Below, piece by piece: positions 9,843 through 20,264 of a stretch of 64,000 nt of DNA. Under the pieces are notes generated by a model. The model saw only the letters and a program-made list of their open reading frames with translations, was not told where the DNA came from and did no database searches. The stretch's first letter is position 1; every line of letters begins with the position of its first letter. Both the position numbers and the translations under genes were made by a program. The DNA is taken from NCBI GenBank assembly GCA_047967505.1, contig CM106538.1; one strand, given 5' to 3'. Origin of the DNA: Dipteris shenzhenensis. Taxonomy: Eukaryota.

Positions 9843-12839
9843 TCATCCTAATCCCATGATGTGGCGACAATGTGCAAACCGCTCTGTAGGCAAGCTCTTA
9901 GTGAGCAAATCTGCAGGATTATCATCAGTATGCACCTTCACAAGCTCAAGCCGCTTGTCTTCAAGTACCTCCCTGATGAAATGGTATTTCACATCTATGT
10001 GCTTGGTCTTCCGATGAAAGACCGGATTCTTTGCCAACATGATAGCACTCTGACTATCACAATGCAAAACTGGCATATCTCCTGTAATGCCCAAATCTCC
10101 CACCAGCCGAGTAAGCCATATTGCTTCCTTGCAAGCCTCAGTGGCTGCAACATAATCAGCTTCAGTGGTTGACAGTGCAATGCATTTTTGCAACCAAGAC
10201 ACCCATGATATAGCACCTCCTGCAAATGTGAAAATATAACCGGTAGTAGACTTCCAGTTATCTGCATTCCCTGCATAGTCTGAATCTGTAAAACCATGCA
10301 CCAATGCATCCTGCCTACCATAGCATATGCACAAGTCTTTGGTACCCTTGAGATACCTCAAGACGCCTTTCACTGCTTCCCAGTGCCGCTTGCCTGGATT
10401 TGCCATATACCTGCTGATGACTCCCACCGCAAAAGCAATATCCGGACGAGTGGCAACCATGGCATACATCAAAGAACCAACTACAGATGCATACGGAACC
10501 TTGGCCATCTCAGCCTTATCATCATCTGATCTGGGGCTGTCCTTACTGCTGAGTTTTAAATGTGGAGGCAACGGGGTACTAATAGACTTCGCGCCCTCCA
10601 TTTTAAACCTCTGCAGTACTTTGTCAATGTACTCCTTCTGTGACAGAAACAAAAGTCCCTTGGACCTGTCACAAATAATCCGCATACCAAGAATATGGTT
10701 TGCATCACCCAAGTCTTTCATGTCAAAAGACTTATGCAGTTGCTTCTTCAAAGCACTAATCTCCTGCTGAGATTTGCTGGCAATCAACATGTCATCCACA
10801 AATAGAATGAGTAGCATCAAACTGCCATCCTTTGCCCGTTTGGTATACAAGCAGTGATCGGTCTCACACCTATGATACCCTTGGGACTGCATGAAGGCAT
10901 CAAACTTCTTGTACCATTCGCTTGGCGCCTGCTTGAGTCCATACAAGCTCCTCTTGAGCTTACACACAAGCTGCTCTTTCCCTTTAACAGCATATCCCTC
11001 TGGCCGACTCATGTAGATCTCATCATGGAGATCTCCGTGAAGAAAAGCAGTCTTCACATCCATCTGACATAAATCCATGTCCTCATGAGCAACAAGAGCT
11101 AACACTGCTCTCAAAGTAGTCATCTTGACTATAGGGGAAAAGATTTCATCAAAGTCAATGCCCTTCTCCTGCTTAAATCCCTTGGCAACCAATCTGGCCT
11201 TATACCTCGGTAAAGCATTTGAATCCACTTTGACTTTGTAAACCCACTTGCATGGCAAAACCTTTCTGCCTGCAGGTAGCTGCACCAAGTCCCATGTATC
11301 ATTTTGAAGTAGGGAGTCCATTTCTGACTGCATGGCTTTCTCGCACTTCCTTTTCTCAGTTCTTCCCATAGCTTCCTTGAAGCTGGAAGGCTCACCACAA
11401 TCTGTCAGCATGATAAAATCAGCCACATTATTGGCTCCTGGAACAAACCTGTCAGGAGGCCGTTGGACATGGGTGCTCCTCCTAACAAAATGTTCCGGAT
11501 TAGGCTGCTGTCTAGCCTGTTCGTCATGCATGACGGGTGGTTGTACCACCATATTTGGCTGTTCTACAGCGCCATTTGCTGGCACATCCAGTGGTGCATC
11601 ATTGGCAAAATTGTTTGGCTGATTTTCAGCCTGTATACCCTCTTGAACAGGGTTATCTACAGCAGCCTGCTGCTGCATATTAATGGGCATTCTTTGCTGT
11701 CCGACATCATCATAAACAACCCTCCTGTATTCCACAGGTTGCACGGGTTCTTTGTGTACACAATCCTCTTTAAAGATGACGTCATTGCTGCGTATAATCT
11801 TCCGTTTGACAGGATCCCATAGCCTGTACCCCATTTCACCTTCATCACCGTAACCCATAAAGATGCATTTGAAAGATTTTGGTTCCAGTTTGGTGCGCAA
11901 TTCTTTGCGTACATAAGCAAAGCACTCGCAGCCAAACACACGTAAGTGCTGATATGAAGGTGGCTTGCCAGACCACACCTCCTCTGGCACTTTCAACTCC
12001 AAAGCCTTGTTCGGCGACCTGTTAATTAGGTGAACTGCTGTTTGCACGGCTTCTGCCCAAAAGCCATGGGGCAATGCAGCATAAGACAACATACATCGAA
12101 CTTTTTCCTGAATAGTTCGATTCATCCGCTCACTCACATCATTTTGAGATGCATTATGAGGGGCTGTGAGTTCCTGTTTAATGCCCTTAGCTTCGCAAAA
12201 CTGTACAAAAGCATGTGACACATACTCACCCCCATTATCGGATCTGAGGCATTTCAGCCTGCGTCCTGTCCGATTCTCAACCTGAGCGACAAACTTCTTG
12301 AAAGCATCTAAGGCATCGCTCTTATGCTTCAAGAAATAGACCCACACTTTGCGTGTGGCATCATCAATAAAAGTAATGAAATACTTTGCACCCCCTAGTG
12401 ATAGCTGTGGCATCTCACACAAATCAGTGTGCACTAGATCAAGCGGTGCTCTATTCTGGGGAGTTCTCCTCTTATGAGGAGTCATAGAATGCTTTACAAA
12501 AATGCAATGATCACAAGTAGGCAAATCTGAAAATGAAAGAGACGGCAGATAACCCAAACGTGACAGTTCTTGCATTCCTTTAACGAACATGTGTCCCAAC
12601 CGGCTATGCCACAATGAAACCTTCGGCAGCTCGGTTATGGCAACAACATGATTACCTACACTGGAAACATAAAGAGGGTACAAGGTATCACTCTTATAAC
12701 CCTCAGCCACTACAACCTGGCCATCAGTAATCACCCATTTGGAATCCCCAAATGTGGTGTGGTAACCACTGTCATCCAACAAGCCAGTGCTAATCAGATT
12801 TTTCTTGATTTGCGGCACATGGCGAACACCATCAAGCAT
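9843..12839 (-). CDS. E2 pol: integrase-RT-RNase H, 998-aa open frame
   Basis: WHSRLGH, LVHTDLC, FIDDATR, SDNGGEY, ERMNRT, QMDVKTAFL, FVDD, KHID; separated from gag/protease by a TAG at ~12892. Confidence 0.88.
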   Translation of the reverse strand: MLDGVRHVPQIKKNLISTGLLDDSGYHTTFGDSKWVITDGQVVVAEGYKSDTLYPLYVSSVGNHVVAITELPKVSLWHSRLGHMFVKGMQELSRLGYLPSLSFSDLPTCDHCIFVKHSMTPHKRRTPQNRAPLDLVHTDLCEMPQLSLGGAKYFITFIDDATRKVWVYFLKHKSDALDAFKKFVAQVENRTGRRLKCLRSDNGGEYVSHAFVQFCEAKGIKQELTAPHNASQNDVSERMNRTIQEKVRCMLSYAALPHGFWAEAVQTAVHLINRSPNKALELKVPEEVWSGKPPSYQHLRVFGCECFAYVRKELRTKLEPKSFKCIFMGYGDEGEMGYRLWDPVKRKIIRSNDVIFKEDCVHKEPVQPVEYRRVVYDDVGQQRMPINMQQQAAVDNPVQEGIQAENQPNNFANDAPLDVPANGAVEQPNMVVQPPVMHDEQARQQPNPEHFVRRSTHVQRPPDRFVPGANNVADFIMLTDCGEPSSFKEAMGRTEKRKCEKAMQSEMDSLLQNDTWDLVQLPAGRKVLPCKWVYKVKVDSNALPRYKARLVAKGFKQEKGIDFDEIFSPIVKMTTLRAVLALVAHEDMDLCQMDVKTAFLHGDLHDEIYMSRPEGYAVKGKEQLVCKLKRSLYGLKQAPSEWYKKFDAFMQSQGYHRCETDHCLYTKRAKDGSLMLLILFVDDMLIASKSQQEISALKKQLHKSFDMKDLGDANHILGMRIICDRSKGLLFLSQKEYIDKVLQRFKMEGAKSISTPLPPHLKLSSKDSPRSDDDKAEMAKVPYASVVGSLMYAMVATRPDIAFAVGVISRYMANPGKRHWEAVKGVLRYLKGTKDLCICYGRQDALVHGFTDSDYAGNADNWKSTTGYIFTFAGGAISWVSWLQKCIALSTTEADYVAATEACKEAIWLTRLVGDLGITGDMPVLHCDSQSAIMLAKNPVFHRKTKHIDVKYHFIREVLEDKRLELVKVHTDDNPADLLTKSLPTERFAHCRHIMGLG

Positions 12840-12890
12840 AAATATGCGTCCATCAGGGAATACTATCTGTATACTGCCAATCCCTGCAAT

Positions 12891-13940
12891 CTAACATGCA
12901 TAGTTATTCCCAAGGTGAACAACTCCATGAGTACCTGTGTAGGAAGTAAACCACTCCTTATGAGGAGTAACATGAAAAGAAGCACCTGAATCCAAGAGCC
13001 AGGTGTGCATGTCATGGCCATCAACAACCAATGTATGTGCAATTACAGCAGAAGAGCATAAAACATCATGTCTGTCACTGTCACTGTCCTCTGCTGCAAC
13101 ATTCACTGCATCCAAGTCATCTGCCTTGGCCTTGCCTTTGCCTTTGCTTCCACTGCCTGCATCCTTTGTCTCAGCCTTCTTGGCTTTCTGATCCCGTATA
13201 AACTTGAAGCACTTAGACTTCACATGTCCCTTCTTGCCACAGTAAAAGCATTCAATATCCTTTTTGCCACGGGACTGACTGCGGGATTTGGACTTGCCAG
13301 CAGATCTCCCCTTCTGCTGAGTCCTACCTCTTTCCTGTACCTGCAAAGCATTGGAAGACTTGCTGCCCATATTATTCTTCCTGCTCATCTCCTCCATAAG
13401 GAGAGAGCTCTCCACATCAGCATACATAAGAGTGACATACATCATCAAGATTCAAACCCTGTGCAATCAGCTGTGTAAAGATGGCATTGAACTCACTCAA
13501 GTGTGAGGTCATAGCTGTACCTTCCTTCATGCGAAGGTCGACAAGCTTCTTGAACCAATAAACCTTACTGGCTGAGCTCTTTTGGGCATACAACTCTTCT
13601 AGCCTCTGCCATAGGCCATAAGAGGTCTTTTCAGCCTGAACATTGAACACAAGAGAATCAGTGAGAGTAAGCATAATAGCAGCCCTTGCAGACAAATCAA
13701 GCTCCTCCCACTCATCATCTGCCATCCCAGATGGCTTGATACCCTTCACTTATGGGCTTAGAAATCTTCTTTAGCAGAAGTACATTCAAACACTGTTCTG
13801 CCCATAATACATAATTGTGTGCCCCTTCCAATTTCTTTATGTTCAGTATTCAAACACTGTTCTGCCCATAATGCATAATTGTGTGCCCCTTCCAATTTCT
13901 TTATGTTCAGTATTGAAGATTCACTTCCCCCTGATGCCAT
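12891..13940 (-). pseudogene. E2 gag-protease (64-bp duplication, ~75-bp deletion, nonsense codon)
   Basis: MASGGSESS start, CFYCGKKGH knuckle, WLLDSGASFHVT protease motif. Confidence 0.9.
13784..13911. repeat. 64-bp tandem duplication in E2 gag
   Basis: Copies at 13784-13847 and 13848-13911 differ at 1 site; absent from E1. Confidence 0.92.
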
Positions 13941-15949
13941 ATCAGATAAGGAAAGTGCCTGACTCCCTGTAAGTCAAAAAAAAAATGACTAAATAAAATT
14001 CTGATTTCTCAGAAAACCTGCTCTATCAAGAGCCAGGAGCACTCACAATAGTGCTGTTTTTTACTGTCAAAAAATCTGCAGCAAAACAGAAAATTTTCCC
14101 TCCAGTCACTGTACCTTCTGACACACTGTACCGTGCTCAAATAGGCATAAAACAGTAACTTCAGAATGCTGCAGCTGTTCCACAAGTGCTTTATCAGTGC
14201 ATCATCATCTGACGAAGCACAAAACACTGCTGTCCTGGACACTTCTCCCACCTCAGATGAGGTATTGCACTGATTTTATATGCATAAACCACTTGTCATA
14301 CACTGTTTTGTCCACTGAAAAAGGCTCCAAACACCTCAGCCTGTCACAAACCTGCAACAAAGTATGGGACAAATCCCAAACAATCACCCTTCTGCCAAGG
14401 GGATAAAAGGCATCTGAAGTTTTCAAACAGTAACTCGAGTGCTCACAAGCAAAATCTGGGCAAAAGCCCCTTGATTTGACACCTGTACCAAGTGAAAAAC
14501 ACCCTCAACAATGAGGTAGCATACAAAATTCAGCACTCTCCTGGCACTTTCACCTGACAAAGTAATGCATAAACTGCCTGTGTGTACAGTGGCAACACAG
14601 ATCCCAACGTACAAACACTGAAGAGCAAATCTTTTGAGCACTGTCAACGATGGACAGTTAGGGACCGAGTAAACTCGATGCGCCCTGGCCAAGCGTGGCT
14701 CAACTGAGATTTTCAAAGTGTCGTACGCAGAATGTAACCTGCAAGAAATGTCACTGAATACACTGCGGAAACAAGACCAATGTGGGCACCATGGCTCCAC
14801 ACTGCCTCAAGGCATACAGTGCATACACTTCCAGGCAAAAGCCCTATGAAATTGTCACCCGAAAACTGAGATTTGCACTCAGCAAAAGCATAAAAGCCCT
14901 CTGCAAAATGAAGGCATCCGACCTTCCCGAAACAAAATAACTGTGCAACCACCACACACTGTGGCACTAGTCACCTCAAGCACGAGGGACACGAGTGTAC
15001 TTGCTGTACCTCAAACACACAGTTTTAGAACTGAACAAAAAATTCTGGGAATGCAGAGCAGAGTGTGCTCTCTTTTCCTTCTTCCCCCAAAAAAAAATCT
15101 ATGCGTGCTGTACCTTCTGTACCTGCGCAGGGTACCTGCTGTATCTTGTACCTGCGAGGGCACGGATCCCCAACAAAAAATTTAGCCCTGTACCTACTTG
15201 TCGCGGCGTCCGTACGGCCACGTCCGTACGGTACGGCTGCCTATACGGTGTCCATACAGCCAGTACGGATGGCCATACCTGTCGCGGCTGCTGCCTTGCA
15301 GCTGGTCGACGGGCTGCACGCAGCTGGTGCTGTGCGTTGCTCGCGGCCGGTGCTGTGCGGTGGAGGCGCTGGTTGCACCCGCCTGGTAGCGGGTAGCAGC
15401 TAGCAGCAGCTAGCTGCTGCTGCAGCTGTCGCTGCCCGCGCGCGACCTGCTCCTGCGCGCTGCTCGCTGCCCTGCTCGCTGCTGCCGCTGCTGAGGGCAC
15501 GAGGCCCGAGGGGAGAGGGAGGGGTAGACCGGAGTTGAGAGGGAGAGGTAGAGGCTCTAATACCACTTGTGAGGGAAAGAGAGAGGGAGTGGAACAAAGG
15601 AGACAGAGAGAGGGAGACACAAGAAGTGTGGGTGTGTTAAAGTGTTGAGCCACACCACAAACTCATAGGTTTTATTAGGATTAGGGATTCACCTTATGAC
15701 TGTCTTAAGACAATCATAGGTGTCATAACATTTTAAAGGGTGGCAATGTGCCTTTACCCCAACATCTGCGTGTCATGAATCAAATCTGGAAGAAAAACCT
15801 GTAGCCGTAGACTAATGGCTTTCGCCAGAATCTTGTAAAAAGTGCCCAATAGAGTGATGGGTCTCCATTGAGACACAAGATTCCTATTACCCCCCTTTGG
15901 GATGAGATGAATGAGACCATCTGTAAGTGAGTCCGGCATCTCACCAGAG

Positions 15950-17229
15950 TCCCACACGCCCTGCAGGGCTGATGTAATGTGATCACCAAGCTGCTCCCAA
16001 AAAGTTAAAAAAAAGGAGGAGGTAAGTCCATCTGAACCTAGGCACTTGCCCTTGTGAAGGGCAAGTAATGCAGTCTTGAATTTTGCATTGGTGAAAGGTG
16101 CATCCAGAGAAACATACATCCAATCCTTCACCAATACAGGGATACACTACCAAATAACCTCTCTGGCATCATCAATGGCCTGTGTGCCTGGATCTACAGT
16201 AAGAAGGGACGCAAAAAAATCTGAAGCTACATTCATGACAGCATCAGGATCTGACTGTAACACCCCGTTTGAGTCAACAAGCTGCGAAACACTATCTCTA
16301 CTATGTCTGGGCCCATGAGTAGAGAAAAAGTGTTTGTTGACCCTGCCACCCATCTGAATCCAAAAGGATTCCCGTGCATGAAAGGCATATTCTGCTCTCT
16401 GATCCAACAATGTCTGCAAATGAGCCCTTGCTGCAGCAAGGCGCTCCTGAATCCAAGCATCTGTGGGCTTCTTCTGCTCTTCCCTCTGAAGGGACGCTAA
16501 CTGCTGGCGTATACCAATCTCACATCTGAGAATCTCACGTCTCGTAGAATCAGTGACTGTATGATAATAGTCACTAATTCCGGATAAGGTCCCACACGCC
16601 CTATAGGGCTGATGTAATGTGATCACCAATCTGCTCCCAAAAAGTAATAAAAAAGGAGGGGGTAAGTCCATCTGAACCTGGGCACTTGCCCTTGTGGAGG
16701 GCAAGTAATGCAGTCTTGAATTCTGCATTGGTGAAAGGTGCATCCAGAGAAACATACATCTCATCCTTCACCAATACCGGGGTACTCTGCCAAATAACCT
16801 CTCTAGCATCATCAATGGCTTGTGTGCCTGGATGTGCAGTAAGAAGGGATGCAAAAAAAACTGAAGCTACACGCATGACAGCATCAGGATCTGACTCTAA
16901 CACCCCGTCTGAGTCAACAAGCTGCGAAACACTATCTCTACTATGTCTGGGCCCATGAGTAGAGAGAAAGTGTTTGTTGACCCTGCCACCCATTTGAATC
17001 CAAAAGGATTCCTATGCATGAAAGGCATATTCTGCTCTCTGATCCAACAATGTCTGCAAATGAGCCCTTGCTACAGCAAGGCGCTCCTGAATCCAAGCAT
17101 CTGTGGGCCTCTTCTGCTCTTCGCTCTGAAGGGACGCTAATTGCTGGCGTATACCAATCTCACATCTGAGAATCTCACGTCTCCTAGAATCAGCGACTGT
17201 ATGATAATAGTCACTAATTCCGGATAAGG
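15950..17229. repeat. 640-bp tandem duplication inside LINE ORF2
   Basis: 15950-16589 vs 16590-17229, ungapped, ~35 mismatches by manual count. Confidence 0.93.
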
Positions 17230-18129
17230 CTGCAGCTGCCTGAGATGGGTGGACAGCTCCACCCTGTATGTGAGAAACTTAAATCTGTAAAATATCCTCC
17301 CTGAGGCTCTCCTCTACATAAAAAGCATCTGGAATCCTGACACTGGTAGAGCGTCCTCTCCGATGAGGCTCAAGAATCTACAACACCACTGGAAAATGAT
17401 CTGAGGTGGAAACCCGAGTAGAAATGCATATAGATCCTCCTCTGTCAAGTACCCAATCGTCTACATAAAATCTGTCAATCCGTGCATGAATGGGCATGTG
17501 TATTCTCCTGTTCGACCAAGAGTACAGGAGTGACTGTGTCATAATATGAAAGGCATCATCCAACCAAGTGTCCCTGCCACTGAACTGAAAGAGGAAGGCA
17601 TCCCAGGCTGCCCTCTCCAAAGAATGAATTCCACCCTGTCTGCCTCCCTTTTTGTCTGAAGGCAACTCAACCATGTTGAAGTCGCCACCAATGATCCAAG
17701 AATCTGCAATGGGGGCCCAAGAGAGTAACTCCTTCCAAAAGGAGATCCGCTCCCCTCTGTTGTTGGGAGCATAAAGATTTAGAAGACCAATCTTACGCCC
17801 TCCAATCAAAATAATGAGCCATTGAGCTCTAGAAGGGGAGATAATACCATGACCAGCAACCAACGAGAGAATAGAAAGAGAGACCGAAATGCAAGTACCT
17901 CCCCGTGTGCTCATAGCAGGCGATCAGAAGGTATGTCCTGAAAGCAGTTTGCCAGACTTAGAGCAATCACTGGCATCCAACTTGTGTTCTTGGATAAAAA
18001 GGATATCAATAGCACCTCCAGTGACACCTGGATGAAGCTGGTTCCGGATCAGCTGCCTACGGCGACGGTGTGGAACTCCGCCTAGTCCCTGTATGTTCCA
18101 ACTTCTAGCTGACTATCCTCATCGACAGG

Positions 18130-19639
18130 AGGATGCTGGATGGAAAGGCTTACCCGACCTAGTAGAGGAGACCAGCTTCTCCTAGGCCGAAACACTCCTA
18201 CTGAGGGCAAGAAACTCAACAGGTGAAAGGATCCCCACACCTGCTGAAAGGGAGGCCCTGTCAAAAGGAATTCCAATGACCGGGATCCGTAAGGTGGAGG
18301 GCACAAACTCCTCATCATCCATGAAATTCGTCGAATGTGCCAGTGCCGAAAAAGAATTCCTGATAAGCAAGTCTGGCCGAGGAGTGTGAAGAAGACCTGC
18401 ACTCGTGGAAGATGGAGGAGAAGGACTTGCCAGGCCTCTATCAGCAGAACTGGAGCTGGGGTTGAGGAGGCCTGTGGCTATGGTGAAGAAGAATCAGGAG
18501 CCCTCATTTGCGCCTGCACTTTCTCGGTTGTCCTGACAGTGGCAGGAAAGTCTGCAGGGAAGAAGTATCTGTAGCCCCCTTGTGGTCAGAAACCAAGGGG
18601 TCAGAAACCAAAGTGCATGGGGCTGGTGGATCTAAAGGCCCCTCCTGATATGGAATTATAGTGTCTGGGGCTGCAGCAACATCCACCTCTGGAGTCTAGA
18701 AGGCGTTTGTCTGAACAGGATCAAAAGTCTCCTCCTGAGGTAAGGGAGCCACTCTGATAGCTCTCCATCGTGGTACTGGGTGTGCTGCGGGCATTGGGCA
18801 TCCTGCTGCCCCTGGTGGTCCTGGGGTGCGCAAAGCAGGGCGCCCTATTGCTCTTGGTGGTCCTGGAGTGCGTGGTACAGGGTGCTGGGGAGGTGCAATC
18901 GTGGTAGTACGTGAAGGAGCCGCACCAGAAGACCTTTTGGGTCTTTTTCTCTTCCTTGGGCAGTCTCTAGCAAAGTGCCCAAGGGTCCTGCAAATCCTGC
19001 ACTGGTCCTGTCTACCTAAAATCTCGACTCTCTGTCGAAAGAGAGAGCCGTCTGGACGCTAAAGCATAATGTGGTCATCTGAGATGTTAGGGTCAGAGAC
19101 AATGACCCTAACACGAGGCACCCCGTGTGCACTGACTGCCTCTACCGAGGAAGAAGGCATGCCAGGAAGGGAGGGGATCTCAGTGACCACTCCGAATGTG
19201 GCTGCGATAGTGGCAAGCAGCCGATGGTAGACCTGAGGAAGACCAGGAAATCTAATGAACAGTGAATGTGACCTGCTTGTCCTCCTCGACCGGATCGAAG
19301 CCCAAGGTGTAGGGTAAAAGAAAGATCCTCCTCGAACCCAAAGCTAGGGGACTAGCCTTGAGAACAAGGGCTGTGGACTCGTGGGAGTCGAAAACCACTT
19401 GGAAGAATCCACGTCCCAAAAGTCGAATATCCCTGAGGTGGCGAGGTCTCCTGCTAACACTGCCAACATCCAGTCTCTAGCCTGTGATCTGGAAGGGTGT
19501 GACCCAAAGATGCAGGCGAAAAGTGATGTGGAGCCCTCTAATGCCACATCTTTCTTGAGCTGCTGCAACTCTTCTTCTGAAAAATGATGGTTCTCGCGGC
19601 TGGTGGAAGTGGACGGAGATTGGCTGAATGGGAATCCAT
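18130..19639 (-). pseudogene. LINE ORF1 (plant-L1-like, zinc knuckle)
   Basis: CRICRTLGHFARDC at ~19005-18960; DUF4283-like IFGSHPSRSQARDWM region; lies directly upstream of ORF2. Confidence 0.75.
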
Positions 19640-19724
19640 TCGCCAATCAATGTGAAAAGGCCGATTCCAACACTGAAAAAGCTCTGTTCGTGAAACTACT
19701 GCCCAGGACGCCCTGAACGCGGGC

Positions 19725-20264
19725 GTAGGAAGAAGGAGAAAGAGAGGGTAGGAGAGAGGGGAAGGGAAGGAGAGGATAGACTGAAGGGGGAGACGGAGGT
19801 AGGCTGAGGGGGAGGCATGGGGAGCTGATTTAGGAAGGAGGGGGACGGGGAGGGAGAGGGAGGAGGTTTTTTTTTTTTTCTCTTTGGTCTCCTTGGGGGG
19901 GGATAGGAGGGAGGGCAAGGGAGGGCGGGGGAGAGGAAGGAGGGGGAGGGGGAGAGGAAAGGAGGGCGGGTTAGGAGGGAGGGAAAGGGAGGGCAGGGGA
20001 GAGGAAAGGATGGGGGAGGGGGAGAGCAGCGGGGGGGGGGGGGGGGAAGAGGGAGGGCGAGGGAGGGGGGCGGGGGAGGAGAAGGGGGCAGGGGGGCTGG
20101 CAGGGGAGAGGGAGGGCGGAGGAGAAGGGGGCAGCAGGGAGGGGGGCAGCGCGGGGGGGGGAGGGATGACGAGGGAGGGGGTGGGGGAGGAGAAGGGGAG
20201 CGGGGGGGCTGACGGGTGGGGGAGAGGTAGGGGCAGCAGGGAGGGAGAGGTAGGGGGCAGCGGG
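19725..20264. repeat. G/A-rich polypurine tract (LINE 5' UTR, antisense), resuming at 26981-27130
   Basis: Continuous GGG-run sequence split by the gypsy insertion. Confidence 0.8.

Larger units (their letters stand above)
9561..15764 (-). mobile_element. Ty1/copia E2, full-length sister of E1
   Basis: LTRs 9561-9743 and 15568-15764 (2 substitutions plus a 14-bp indel), TSD TCTGC (9556-9560 and 15765-15769), PBS TGGTATTAGAGC 15565-15554, PPT next to 9744. Confidence 0.96.
2904..18122 (-). pseudogene. LINE ORF2 (APE endonuclease-RT-zf-RVT), disrupted
   Basis: SWNIQGL, IDILFIQEHK, NLYAPN, IIGGDFN, RIDRFYV, SDHFPV, WRPITLL, LLLDFEKGYDRV, LADD, YLG, GGLNI, CPRC..H..C; carries stops and frameshifts. 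Confidence 0.9.
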
